Shown here one piece after another: positions 40,019 to 51,336 of a DNA stretch of 64,000 nt. Below the pieces are notes generated by a model. The model saw nothing but the letters and a program-made list of their open reading frames with translations. It did not search any database and was not told the origin of the DNA. Numbering within the stretch: the first letter of the stretch is position 1; each line of letters starts with the position of its first letter. The position numbers were made by a program, and so were the translations under genes. The stretch is from Pelagomonas calceolata (Eukaryota), in the NCBI GenBank assembly GCA_918797485.1, contig CAKKNE010000002.1:5828001-5892000 (forward strand), given 5' to 3'.

Positions 40019-42321
40019 ATGCTGAGGCGGCTGGCCGCCCGCGCCGCGCGGCGGCGCCGCCGCCGGCGCGCGTCGACGGCCGACGTCTTCGTGAGTAGGC
40101 ACACGGCCGTGCCGCGCGAGGACGTCGACGCGTACGTCAAGACGCGTGTACTGCCGGCCGGCGGGCCGTCCCAGGCCGCGCGCGTCGACGGCAGCGGCGC
40201 CAACCTATTATTGAAGGAGTGCCCGTCCGCCGGCTTCTGCTCGCCCACCAAATACGCCGGCACGGGCAAGCCGGGCAACGACTACAAGTTTGCGATTCTG
40301 AGGGATGGTGGCGCGTATTTTTGCCATCGATGCGGCGGCAAGGGCTCGTGGTACGATTTGAGGTTGGGCATGTCCGGGGCGGTGCCCTCGTCCCTGGAGG
40401 GGGAGGTCCAGTCCACGCCGCGCGTGCGTTCGGGTGACACACCGAGGCCGGACGCCGCGATCGCCGCGCGGTGTCCCGTCGCGCTCTTCGACGCGCAAGG
40501 GAGTGAGGTCAAGCGGTATCTCAATGACACGCGCGGCTTGGACGATACTACACTAGCTGTCTACGGCGTGGGCTACGCTTCTCGCAAATTCCGGGACGGC
40601 GAGCGGTGGGTCGACGAGCCGTGCGCGACGTTCCCCTGGATCCAGGTTCCCGGCGACGGACCGGCGTCGACCGTGCGGCTGAAAGTTCGAAGTGTGCGCA
40701 CGAAGCGGCACATGCGCGTCGAGCCCGCCGGTTTTTTTCCCGCGTCCTTGTTTTTTCCTTCTTTACGTTGTTGCCGCGAGACTTCACGTGTCGCCACGCC
40801 GTCGCCGCCACGCCGTCGCCGCGAGACTTCACGCCATCGCCGCGACTCGTCGTGAGCGTGCTGCACACAGGCGGCGACTGGGGCCTCTTCGGCCTGCACA
40901 CCGTGCCGGCCGACGCGGCCGAGCTCGTCATCACGGAAGGCGAGTACGACGCGATGGCCGTCTACCAGGCGACGGGCCGCGCGGCGGTCTCGCTGCCGAA
41001 CGGCGCCGCGTCGCTGCCGCCGGCGGTCCTGCCGTTGCTGGAGCGGTTCAAGCGCATCTTTTTGTGGTGCGACGGCGACGAGGTGCCGGCGCGGCGTCCG
41101 TCTCCTGTCTTCCTGTGGTCCGGTGGCGTGGGGTGGGGTGGGACGACGAGGTCCAGCGCGACCACCGGCACGCCATCACCGCGACCCGTCCGTACCTGCG
41201 GCCGCGGCGCCCACGAGCCGGCCGCTGACCTGGGGGAGAGGCCCCCGCACGCCATCGACGTGTAACTCACACAGGCCGGCGTGAACGCGGCGCGGAAGTT
41301 CTCCGCGAAATTGGGGCGGCACCGCTGCGTGGTCGTGCGGGCGCCGGACGATTGTAAAGATGCGAACGATTGTCTGAGGAAGGACCCTTCATTGGTCAAG
41401 CGCGCCTTGGACGACGCCGGCGCGCCGGACCATGACGGGTTGGTGTCCTTCAAGGAGCTGCGGGGCCAGGTCCTGCACGAGCTGCGGCACCCCGATTTGT
41501 ACGTCGGCGCGCCTTTACCCTCTTTTCCGAAGCTTACGGGCCTGGTGAAAGGCGCAAGGCCCGGCGAGCTCACGTTGCTGACGGGGCCTTCAGGCGCGGG
41601 CAAGACGACACTGGCGTCGCAAATTTCCATTGATTTACTAGAGTCCGGCGCGCCGACGCTCTGGGGCTCGTTCGAGGTCAAGAACTCGGCGCTCGCCATC
41701 AAGATGCTGCGGCAGCAGGCGCGACGGCGCGACGGCCTGCCGAACGAGCCGCGGTTACTAGATGCATTGTGTGACGACTTCCAGCGGTTACCTCTCCATT
41801 TCATGCGCTTCCACGCGGCGACGGAGGTTGATGATGTTGTCGACGCGATGGAGTTCGCGGCCTACGTCCACGACGTCGAGCACGTCGTCCTGGACAACCT
41901 GCAGTTCATGACGCAGGCGGGGCCGCGCGACGCGTCGCGCTTCGAGGCCCAGGACCGGGCCATCGCGCGGTTCCGCGACTTCGCGACGCGGCGCGGCGTC
42001 CACGTGGTCTTGGTGGTCCACCCGCGCAAGGAGGACCCGACGCAGAAGCTGGCGCTGACGTCGATCTACGGCGGCGCGAAGGCGGCGCAGGAGGCCGACA
42101 ACGTCCTGATCCTCCAGGCGCCCGCGCAGCCGGTGGCGCCGGGCCACGCGTCGTCGCAGCAGTCGCAGGCGCCCATCCCGAAGTGGGTCGAGGTCGCGAA
42201 GAACCGCTACGCGGGCACGCTGGGTTCAGTGATGATGGCCTTCAACGACACGACGTGCCGGTACTACGAGCTTTCCGCGGGCGCGTCGGCCTCGTCGGCG
42301 TCGGGCGCGGCGGTGAGGTAA
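40019..42321 (+). CDS. TWNK: Twinkle organellar primase-helicase
   Basis: Exons 40019-40730, 40871-41082 and 41275-42321 (GT-AG introns). Arg-rich presequence, Zn-binding CP...C and CHRC, TOPRIM ITEGEYDAMA and WCDGDE, Walker A GPSGAGKTT, VVLDNLQFM, VHPRKE, QEADNV, KNRY. Confidence 0.95.
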
Positions 42322-42386
42322 TCTTGTTTTCTCTAGTTTCCTTTTTGAAGTGCCCTTGTGTTTGTGGTCGCTATTTTTGCTACTAC

Positions 42387-42572
42387 TTACGTACTCCCAG
42401 ACGACGGCTGCGTTTCGCGGGCGCGGAGCGCGGCTCGCGCGTTTCGCAAATCATTCTCGATCCTTTCTGTGAGCGGGTGCGCGCCACCCATCACACGGCG
42501 CGCGATCCGTTCAATTTCCTCGAACGTCGTCACGCTTTCGCGCAGATCGTCAAGCGTGGCGGCGGCGTCCTG
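42387..42572 (-). pseudogene. Orphan C-terminal fragment of a TPR-like helical-repeat gene family
   Basis: Encodes DAAATLDDLRESVTTFEEIERIARRVMGGAHPLTERIENDLRNARAALRARE* with no credible upstream exon. It lies between the stops of two other genes. Confidence 0.55.
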
Positions 42573-42700
42573 GGCCACACGTGGGCCGTCGGGACGCGGG
42601 CCGAGCTCGACGCGGCCGGGTGGGCTGAGGAGGCCTACCCGAACGAAGACGTCGCGGATTATTAGGGGCGCGCATCTCAAGAAAGTAAAACTTCCAAAAA

Positions 42701-44048
42701 TTAGTCCGACTTCTCCCCCGCGGCCGCGGCCGCCGCGTCGTCACCATGGCTGACGCCGTCGCCGTTGGCCGGCCGCCGCCGCGCGACGCTCCCGTTCGTT
42801 TTGGACACGGCGCCCTCGTCGGCCAGCGGCGGGTTGTCGAAGTAGCCGGTCTGCCTGAGCTCGGCGACGATCGCCGCGTCCGTGAGGCCGCGGCGCCGCT
42901 TCATCCCCGCGAAGACCCCCGTCCAGCCGGGGTACGTCCGAAAGTCGGGGCCCTTGCGGTACTCGCGCGCCGACTTTTCGAGGTTCGTCTCGCCGGTCTT
43001 CGCGAGCGACGCGTAGATCCACAGCAAAATACCCACGCCCAGCGCGATGCCGAGCGACACGGCGGCGATGAGGACGAGGCCGCCGTCGCGCGTCGCCGCG
43101 CTTTGCCGGAACACGGACATCGTCGTCACGACGCCGGGGCTAAAGCGCGAGCTTCGGATAAAACGACTGAGCTCGTCCTTGCCCAAATCGCCGCCGCCGC
43201 GCCAGCTGTACGTCGCGATGAGCTCGAAGACGGCGTAGATCACGACGAACCACGTGCCCGCGCAGACGCTGAACAGGAAGACGACAAAGTCCGAGAGATT
43301 GTCCGCGCCGACGCAGTTGTGCAGGAACGCGCAGTGGTGGTCCATCTTGTCGACGCACACGGAGCACGTGCTACAGTGGTGCGTCCGCGGCGGCTTGAGG
43401 TTGTTGCAGACGTCGCACCACGGCAGGCGCTCCGGCGCCAACGCCGCGCGATCCGTCGCCGGCGCGACCGCGCGGAGCCGCCGCGCCCACTCGTCCTTCG
43501 CGCACCGCGGCACGGCGCCCGGCGTCGACGTCGCGGCGCGCCGGAAGGTCGCCGTCGCCATCACCGACAGGACCAGCGATACGGTCCAGGCGAGCAGCCA
43601 GAGCGGCCAGGCGTAGTCCCTGCGCGAGCTACGTCTTGGCGCCGTCGATGCGACTCTCGTGGCGACTCGACGCCGTCGATGCGACTCTCGAGGCGACTCG
43701 GCGCCGTCGATGCGACTCTCGTGGCGACTCGACGCCGTCGATGCGACTCTCGAGGCGAATGTATCCGTAAAAACTGACGCCGGGACCGCGCCGCGAGATC
43801 ATCGGTAAAAAAAAGAGCAGGCCCGACCCCACGATGCCAACGAGCGCCGTCGTGGCGATGGCGTTCGTGATTCGCGAGAAGTAGAAGCGGCACAGCCCGC
43901 AGTAGAGAAGGCCCGGCACGAAGCCGCGCGCGTAGTTCGGCCGGCCGTTCACCTTGCGACAGTGGCCGCAGCGCCAGTACTTTGAGTGCTCCTTCGGCAG
44001 GCTGAGGAGGGTCTTGCAGTGGTAGCAGGCCGTCTGCTTGGCGTCCAT
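42701..44048 (-). CDS. DHHC protein S-acyltransferase with N-terminal Zn-finger
   Basis: WCDVCNNLKPPRTHHCSTCSVCVDKMDHHCAFLHNCVG and N-terminal CYHC...CGHC. The intron ends at AG 43620; its donor is probably GC near 43791 (exact site uncertain). Confidence 0.92.
43640..43758. repeat. Intronic minisatellite, ~3.8 x 31 bp
   Basis: Unit cgccgtcgatgcgactctcg(t/a)ggcgactcg(a/g) at 43640, 43671, 43702 and 43733, with the two variants alternating. Confidence 0.95.
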
Positions 44049-44857
44049 TTTTGAGTGACTCGCTGGGTCGCCGGTGCTTTCCCGCGCCTCTGAGATTTTT
44101 TACTGCTTGTGCGGTTTGTTGGTGCGTCGCGCGTCTCTAACGCTACTGGCCCTGGCAGGTCGCGTGCCGCCGCGCCCTGCGATCCCCGCGCGCGCGGATT
44201 TTGGCAGCCTTTTGTGCAAAAGTGGCAGCCTTGCTGTTGAATCACGCAGCTGCGCCTCCGCTTTGCTTTAAGGGGTCGCGACGGCCACTTTGAGGGTTTT
44301 TGGAGTTGTCGCGCGTCTTTTTTGCGTCGCGACTCGCGTGTCGCGCGGGTGCCATTTACTCTAAATAGGGTTTTTGCTCGGGTCAATTCAGGGAGCAAGG
44401 AACGACCGGCGAAACCAGATGCAGCCCATTATCAGATCGCGCAAGATCGCCGGTTCAATTCTCCCATTTGTACGGAGTGATCTCCCGGCCATGAATACTT
44501 TTCTTCGGATAAGTTCGTGTCGTACGCATTAAAACGCGTGCACCATCTAGTGGTTAGGACGAATATTCGTTACTTCAACGAAATTCCAATTGCGCTTGAC
44601 AATAAGGCTGTATTTTTTGCATTTTTTTACCTCTCTACCCAGTACCCCCCCCTTAGAACGAGTTTGCAGTATTTTCAGGAAAATAGGCAGCGACGCCCAC
44701 ATTTTTCCTTCTCACACCCTTACCATAGAGTTAGCAGCCTAAAATCGACCTCCAGGACAGCTCCGACCGCCGCAGTCGCGAGACACCCAACACTTGGGGC
44801 AGCATCTCGACGACGACGCCGTCGAGCACCAATAACAAAGAAAGGGGCAGCCAAACA

Positions 44858-46005
44858 ATGACAGACGTCAACTTCGACGAATTCCAAGCCATACGACGAC
44901 GAAAAGCCCAGGACGACGAGGAGGATGAGGACACAAAAGAGGAACCAGCAGCCACACCCAAAGAAGAGGAGGAGGAGGAACCCGACGGCCTCGCGGAGCG
45001 CGCCGGCGCCTTCGCGGAGCTGCCCGAGGTGCAGCTGCTGCTCTGCGTCGCGATCCTCGCGGACGTGGCGGGCGCGGCCGTGACGGCGGCGCGCGACGAC
45101 GGCGCTCCAGCGTTTTTGGTCAGGGCGGCGGCGGCCTTCCCGGGCTTCGTGAACTTCCTGTACGCCTTCGAGCTGCTGGCGCTGGCGACGGCCTTCAAGC
45201 TGCGCATGCTGACGCACCCGGGGCTGCTGCTCGACGTGGGCATCGTTTCCGTACCTCCGGCGTCCTTTGTTTTTTTCGGCGCGTCGATGGCGTTATGGAG
45301 GGCGCACGTCGCGTCGATGGCGTCCGGGGTGGCCCACATCCATGGCTGGCCGCCGTCGACGCGGCTCCACCGCCATCGAGAGATAATTCGTCGAGCTATC
45401 CAACGCCGCCGTGAGAGGACAGAGTTGGTGTGAAGATGGCACTGGACGCCATCGACGCGGTCTTCGCCAACGTCGCTACGCCGCCACCGCGACAGAATAA
45501 AAAGGACAAAAAAACACAGGCCCTCTTCGCCGCCGACCCCGAAGGCAACACCAACACGATCCGCCTCTTGGGCTTCTTAAGGTTGTGGCGCCTGAGCCGC
45601 CTCCACGAGACGCTCGTCGCGGCGGAACGGACGCGAACCGAGGAAAAGGCGCAAGAAGCGCGGACGGAGCGCGAGCGCGCGTTAAGAGCAGAGGTCGAGC
45701 GCGCGCGATTGGAAGGCGTCGCGGCCGAGAGCGCGAACGCACGCCAAAGATTAGAGAAGATGGCGCGCGCGTTCAAGGACGAGATCGACACGCTCAACGA
45801 GGCTTTAGTGATCGCCGCGCGGGACATCGCCGAGGCCGCGGACTCGGAGATCGAGTCCGAGAACGAACGAGAGGGCGGAGATGTACAAGAGGCGTACGCG
45901 CGCGCGCCGAAGGACCTGCGGCGGGCCGAGCCGCGGCCGCCGAAGCAAAAAGCCCCCACTCGCTTCGTCGTGGACCCGTCGGGCGCCTACGAGGCGAAGG
46001 AGTAA
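44858..46005 (+). CDS. Voltage-sensor-only protein, Hv1 proton channel-like
   Basis: Exons 44858-45250 and 45520-46005 (GT-AG intron). Acidic N-terminus, S1 LLCVAILADV, S2 FLYAFEL, S3 LLDVGIV, S4 IRLLGFLRLWRLSRL, and a C-terminal coiled coil. No pore domain. Confidence 0.75.
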
Positions 46006-46077
46006 CGACCTGAATTGTTTTTGGGGAGGGGTCGCGGCGATGGCGTCTAGCTCTTCGTACTTATAAACAAAACAGAA

Positions 46078-47349
46078 TCAGCGCCGGCCAAACGACGTGT
46101 TCTGGACGTCCGGCGCCGCGGGCAGCGCCTCGGGCCGGTCGCCGTCGGTCGGCAGCTCGAGCGTCGCGACGGCGCCGCCTTCGGCGGACGCGAGCGTCAG
46201 CGCGCCGCCGTAGTGCGCCGCGTAAAGTTTTGACATGGGGAGACCTGTGTGGAAATATTGCATGGACGTTCGTGAGCCTCCACGCCATTGAGCCGACGCG
46301 ATCACGAGGACAACATCGCGTCGACGGCGTGGCGAAATTTGATTTCCACACAGGGGCAAACCCATGCCGACGCCCGAAATGGGCTTTTGTGAGCCCGAGT
46401 TGTAGGACCCGCCCGGCTCGTCGAGCCGGTCGTAGCGCGACGACAGGTCCGGCCGGATGCGCAGCAACGCGTCGGGATCCTCCAGGCCGCCGCCGTGATC
46501 GACGATGGATATGGTCGACGCCGCGAGCGCGATCTCGACCGGCGGCAACTCCTCGTCCCAGGCGTCCGAGTTCGGCCCGTGCTTCGCCACGTGCTTCTCG
46601 ATGGTGGCCACCAGCGCGTTCTTTAGTAGCTCGCGCACGACGTGCGTCGCGTGCGCCGGGACACACGCCGCCGCCGAGCCGTCGTCCGCGATGGACACGG
46701 GCGGCGGGTCCGCGAGGTCGTAGGCGTGCTCGCAGACAAGCTGCGCGTCGCCCACCGCCGCCCCGACGACGTTGATGAGCTTGGCGTCGAGGCGAGCGGC
46801 GCCCGTGCCGTGCGCCGGCGGCGCGGCCAGCGTCGCGCCGGGGTTCTCGAGTTCCGGCGCGTGGGCCAGCAGGTGATTCCGCAGCACCGTCGACGCGCCG
46901 ATGTGCGCCGCAAGGAGGTCCTCGAGCAGGCCCGCCGCGGAGACCGGCACGTTGCCCTCGCGCAGCGCGTCGACGACGCTCGGCACGAAGGACGAGTGGC
47001 GCTCCTCGATCGACTTGAACGAGCGGTGCAGCGCCGCGATGTCGGCGTCCGAGGCGCGCGCCGCCGCGGCGATCTCGTCGCCCGCGGCCAGCTCCGTCGC
47101 GACGCCCTTGTAGAGCGCCGTGAGCGTGCCGAGGTCGCGGTTCGTCGGCGCCGTCGCCTCCAGCGCGGTGCAGCGCGCGACCTGCTCCTCGACGCGATCC
47201 GACAATTCGACGTGCGCGCGCTGCGCCGCTTTGATCAGATCCGGGTCCTCCGCGTGTTCGACCAGTTGCTGCAGCGTCCGCGGCGTCGTCGCCATGCATC
47301 GTTTGACGGCTCGCGCCGTTGCGCGACGAATGGTGAGCACTGCTCGCAT
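46078..47349 (-). CDS. Mitochondrial pyruvate/branched-chain ketoacid dehydrogenase kinase-like protein
   Basis: Presequence MRAVLTIRRATARAVKR, N-box ELLKNALVAT and G1 DHGGG. Removing intron 46361-46245 gives G2 SGVGMGLPMSKLYAAHYGG. Confidence 0.85.
   Translation of the reverse strand: MRAVLTIRRATARAVKRCMATTPRTLQQLVEHAEDPDLIKAAQRAHVELSDRVEEQVARCTALEATAPTNRDLGTLTALYKGVATELAAGDEIAAAARASDADIAALHRSFKSIEERHSSFVPSVVDALREGNVPVSAAGLLEDLLAAHIGASTVLRNHLLAHAPELENPGATLAAPPAHGTGAARLDAKLINVVGAAVGDAQLVCEHAYDLADPPPVSIADDGSAAACVPAHATHVVRELLKNALVATIEKHVAKHGPNSDAWDEELPPVEIALAASTISIVDHGGGLEDPDALLRIRPDLSSRYDRLDEPGGSYNSGSQKPISGVGMGLPLCGNQISPRRRRDVVLVIASAQWRGGSRTSMQYFHTGLPMSKLYAAHYGGALTLASAEGGAVATLELPTDGDRPEALPAAPDVQNTSFGRR
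46245..46353. mobile_element. Introner element
   Basis: TIRs ctgtgtggaaat and atttccacacag; degenerate 8-bp TSD ggggagac / gggcaaac. It interrupts the conserved GxGLP motif. Confidence 0.85.
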
Positions 47350-47636
47350 GGTGTTTGTGGTCCAGGAATGTCCAGACACGAGTGTGCAGCAATGAGGGCA
47401 AAGAGGTAGCGATGACAAGTTTTGTGGACGCAGCGAGCTGTGGGCGCAGCGATGTGATTCGTGCGCGGCGCGGCAATGCTCGTACTTCAGCAATGTGCGC
47501 ACGCGGCGGCACGACCTCGAGTGGTGGGCTTTTGTCTAGTGCCTAAGGCCGCTAGCTGCCCGCGCAAAAATACAGGTGATGGTCTTTACAGGGGACTAGA
47601 CACAATGATTTCGGGGACTGGACAGGGGAACAATGA

Positions 47637-48937
47637 TCAGGGCGCCTTCTGGAACGTCCAGAGCACGAGCCGCCCCTCGACGAGGACCTCCCGGTGCAGC
47701 CGCAGGCCGTGCTTCGCGGCCGACGTCGCCGCCTCGAAGTCGATCTTGTCGAGGTAGCCGTTCAGGTACGGCTCGCCGCTCAGCATGATCGGCGACGGGT
47801 TGTACTCCGGGTGGATGTCGCAGAGCGCGAGCGTCCCGCCCGGCGCGAGCAACCGGAAGCCCTCGCGCAGGATCTGGCGCCGCGCCGCCGCCGGCGCCTC
47901 GTGGAGCAGGAAGAAGACGGAGACGACGTCGGCCTTGCCGCCCGCGAGCCCCGTCGCCTCGGCGTTGTGCCTTTTATAAGTCACGTCGTTGCAGAAGTCC
48001 AGCGAGCCCGTGTTCGTCAGGTCCCTCGCCGCCCGCAGCATCTCGGGCGACGTGTCGACGCCGACGACGGACGCCTGGTACCTTTTTCGCAGCGATCTAG
48101 CCGTGGCGCCCGTGCCCGTGCCGAGGTCGACGCAATTCGTCACGGGCGGCGCGCCGACGATGGTTCGCGCCGCGTCGACGACGTCCCAGGCCGCGTTGCG
48201 CCTGTGTCGAAATCAACCAGTGAGTTAGGCGCGGTTACATCTCCGCGTCGATGGGTGGAAACTCCACGCCATCACGCCATCACGCAGACGCAGCGACGGG
48301 TACAACATCGCTTCGATGGCGTGGGTCGCCAAAAAATTGATTTCCACACGGCGTTGCGCGTGTCCAAGCCGCCGTACGCGAAGGCGTCCAAACCCGCCGT
48401 GAACGTCGGCGCGAGGAACGCGTGCACCGCGCCCGAGGACCCGACGTTGCCCCAGCCGTGGATGCGCGGGTCGGCCCAGTACTTCAAAGCCAGCTCCGGG
48501 AAGTCGGTCTCGTCCTTGTAGCTCCGCTGCTCCGTCGGCTCGAGCGCCGCGGGCGTGAAGGCGCACGGCTTGTTCTTCGCCCACTTCAGGACGTTGTTCT
48601 TGGCGTCCTTCGGGAGCGGCGGCGTCGTCGGCGCGCTCGCGCCGGCGTCGTCCTCCGAGGACGCGAGGTTGGCGCTGGCGCCGTTGTTGAAGTCGTCGGC
48701 TGTCGGCGGCGGCGCGCCGGTTCGTGTGAGTTTCGGCGACGACGCGACGCGCCCGCTGTCCGCCGCGGTCGTCGCAGCGTCTGTTTCCGAGTCGACGGAC
48801 GACAAGGGCGTTTTTGGCGCGAAGAGCGTCGGCGCTTCTTGTTGGCCTGACAGCGGTTTTACGCGCTTGTTGTTATTGAATAAAGGCCGCAACGCTGTCG
48901 CGGCGGTCAGCGCGAGTAACACGACAAGGCTCTTCAT
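47637..48937 (-). CDS. Class I SAM-dependent methyltransferase with signal/transit peptide
   Basis: Exons 48937-48360 and 48201-47637 give 381 codons. Motifs VDLGTGTG, VGVDTSPEML, FLLHEAP and LLAPGGTL. Confidence 0.9.
48202..48351. mobile_element. Introner element
   Basis: TIRs ctgtgtcgaaatcaa and ttgatttccacacgg. Perfect 8-bp TSD cgttgcgc at 48194-48201 and 48352-48359, with the GC donor in the TSD. Confidence 0.92.
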
Positions 48938-49243
48938 TAGTTATTAACCACAGCGCGAGCACTACGAACAAAACACAATTTTGAGTGCGGTCACCAGCCG
49001 CGCTCTGCCGCAACGGACATAAAAAAAGGGACGCAGAAAGACGCCGGCCCCCGATTTCGGACGCTTCCGAAGCAAAAACGACGCCTCCCCGACCACCGGA
49101 AGCAGCGCCAGACGAACCCCCGGGGGCGTGGAGATGGGCTGCTTCCGTCGCGACGAAATGCAAGCTCTACAAGACAAACGCCGCCGAAACGCCACAAAAG
49201 CAAACGCCGCCGAAGCGAAAAAAGCAAGAATCGGAGAATAATA

Positions 49244-50599
49244 TTAAACAAAAGAGACAGGCATGGACGTCGGCGACACGGGCGAGTCGACGGTACGAGA
49301 CCGTCGAGGCGGCGCGGGCCCGAGCGCCGCGGACCGGACAAACAGCCCAAATCCCAGCGCCAGTAGCGCGGCGAGGAGCCCCATGGCGCCGGCATAAACA
49401 CGCCGCCCGTGGAAGTAGGCGAAGGCTAGATTCGCGAGGACGTGCGCGGCCGCCGCCAAAGCTTCACAAGCCCCAAAGGCCACGCCGACGGACGACGCGC
49501 TGCATAAAGTAGCGCGCAGCCGCGCCAGCAGTAACGTGGGCAGGACCGCATGACCTAAAGCGACGCAGCCCACGCAGCCCAGGAGTTGGATCCGCGACAC
49601 GTCCGCGCAGAGGGCCAAGACGGCGAGCGCCGCTATGCCCAGCATGAGTGCTGTGCAGGCGTTGCGCTGGGCCATCGACGCGCGGTCCGCCAATTTACCG
49701 GCGTAGGGCGCGAGCACCGCGCTTAACAAAGGTACGCTTGAGGCCATCAGACCCGCCGTGCGCACGTCGTAACTAAACCGCTGCACGAAGATGGCCGACG
49801 AGAACTGCTCGAAGACCTTGAAACTCCCGAAGACGCAGGCGTGCGCGCCGGCCACCAGCCAGTACCGCTGCGACGCGAAGAACGGGCAGTCGGCGGGCCG
49901 CCGTCGCGCCCGTCGCACGGACGAGGCCGTCGCGGCCGCCCCCAGCGACAGCGTCTGCACCGCTAACGCCGCGGCGAGCGGTGTTGCCACTGTGCCCGTT
50001 TTAACGGCCAAGGGCGCCGCCGCCGCGCGGCCCGCCCACGCGCCGAGGTTCGCGAACGCGGCGAGCACGCCCTGCGCGTAGGCCTGGTCCTCCTTCCTTT
50101 CGGAAGCAATCGCCCGCGACGCAACAACTAAACACCCGTGCCCGACGCCGAGCACGACGCCGCCCGCCAGCACCGCCGCCGGCGAGCCCTGCACGAGCCC
50201 ACCCGCGCAGATGGCGCCGCCTAATAAAGCGACGGAGGCAAACACGATGGCCGCCCGCCGCGGGTGCGCGTCGAAGGCGAGGCCCCCCAGTAAGGGGGTC
50301 ACGGTCGCGCCCGGCGCGCCGATCGCGGCCATGAGCGCGCCGTAGCGCGCCGCGCCGAGCTGCAGTAAGGGTTGCAGCGACGCCAACGCGTTCTTGAAGC
50401 AGTGGCCGCCGACGGCCATGGCCGACAGGCGCGCGAGGTCGCAGGCGATCGCCTCGCGCCGTCGTCGTCCTATCGTCACGGCGGGGAGGCTGGAGTAGTA
50501 GTCCGGTTTCTTCGTCGCGAGCCGCGCCGCCTCCGTGGGGAGCGCCGGGGCGTCGGACGGGTCCGGCATGAGCTCGGCTTCGGCCGGCGGCCGGCACAT
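49244..50599 (-). CDS. MFS transporter (MFSD1-like)
   Basis: About 12 hydrophobic segments; PLLGGLAFD, FEQFSSAIFVQRF and LAPYAGKLADR. Confidence 0.8.
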   Translation of the reverse strand: MCRPPAEAELMPDPSDAPALPTEAARLATKKPDYYSSLPAVTIGRRRREAIACDLARLSAMAVGGHCFKNALASLQPLLQLGAARYGALMAAIGAPGATVTPLLGGLAFDAHPRRAAIVFASVALLGGAICAGGLVQGSPAAVLAGGVVLGVGHGCLVVASRAIASERKEDQAYAQGVLAAFANLGAWAGRAAAAPLAVKTGTVATPLAAALAVQTLSLGAAATASSVRRARRRPADCPFFASQRYWLVAGAHACVFGSFKVFEQFSSAIFVQRFSYDVRTAGLMASSVPLLSAVLAPYAGKLADRASMAQRNACTALMLGIAALAVLALCADVSRIQLLGCVGCVALGHAVLPTLLLARLRATLCSASSVGVAFGACEALAAAAHVLANLAFAYFHGRRVYAGAMGLLAALLALGFGLFVRSAALGPAPPRRSRTVDSPVSPTSMPVSFV

Positions 50600-51336
50600 G
50601 GTTGCTGTCTCACTGCTGCAAGCGGAATCTCAATCTGACTCCAAACACAGAACTGTCAAGGTGTGACGGCCGTCCGCCGTAGGGGGGGTCCCTGGGGGTC
50701 GCTGCGGGTCTTGATAGCTTGCGTTTAGGGCCGGCACGAGCCGCTATCGCGCATCGAGGAGAGGACACGCGCTTCGGCATCGTGCGGGTTCACACGTCTC
50801 CCTTTCGCAGAGACCGCGTATGGGGCCACGGGAGCTGCCTGACGCCCGCGAACAAGCTGCGGGAAGCTCGGCTGTGTTCGCGGGCGCGCCGGCGGCGACC
50901 GCGGTCCCGTCTCTTGACTTTTTGATGGGACTCTTGCTTCGTGATGGACCTGCAGGTTCTATACTTGAGTCCTCGCTCTGCTTACGACGGTCGAGCTCAA
51001 ATGGCTTGATCAGACCAGACGGGGTCCCGCGGCCCACCCACGGGTGGGATGAGGCTCGAATTTGGCCTCGCTGTCGCCCTTTGGGGTCACTCTTCTGTTT
51101 CATCCGGCACGCGAAGAGAGGTTTGATGCGTCGATGGCGTAAGAGGCCGCCGGATGAAGGCCGCGGCGCGGCGCGAGCTCAGCCTACACCTATGGGCAAC
51201 ACATCCTCTCAACCCCGGAGCCTCATCGACGCGCGTAAACAGAAGCAGTACCGCGGCGCGGGCAAACCCCCCGAGAGCCGCCGACGCGACACCAAGAAAG
51301 CTTCAAACCACCAATCCTTACGAAGGACAAGGGCAC

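Noticed and set aside
40731..41274. Apparent frameshifts or stops suggesting pseudogenes (Twinkle, POR, PhyH, DHHC, Hv-like)
   Set aside because: Each is resolved by a short intron that restores conserved motifs in frame.
43640..43758. CRISPR-like 31-bp repeats
   Set aside because: The units are contiguous with no spacers, there are no cas genes, and the array lies inside a eukaryotic intron.
44445..44565. tRNA-like boxes (ggttcaattc upstream of tctagtggttagga), possible permuted tRNA
   Set aside because: No acceptor or anticodon stem can be paired, U8 is missing and the D-stem is mismatched.
50820..51010. Short resemblances to RNase P RNA words (gggaagctc, gagctcaaatggc)
   Set aside because: No complementary CR-V partner for a P4 helix was found; kept only as an unassigned structured region.
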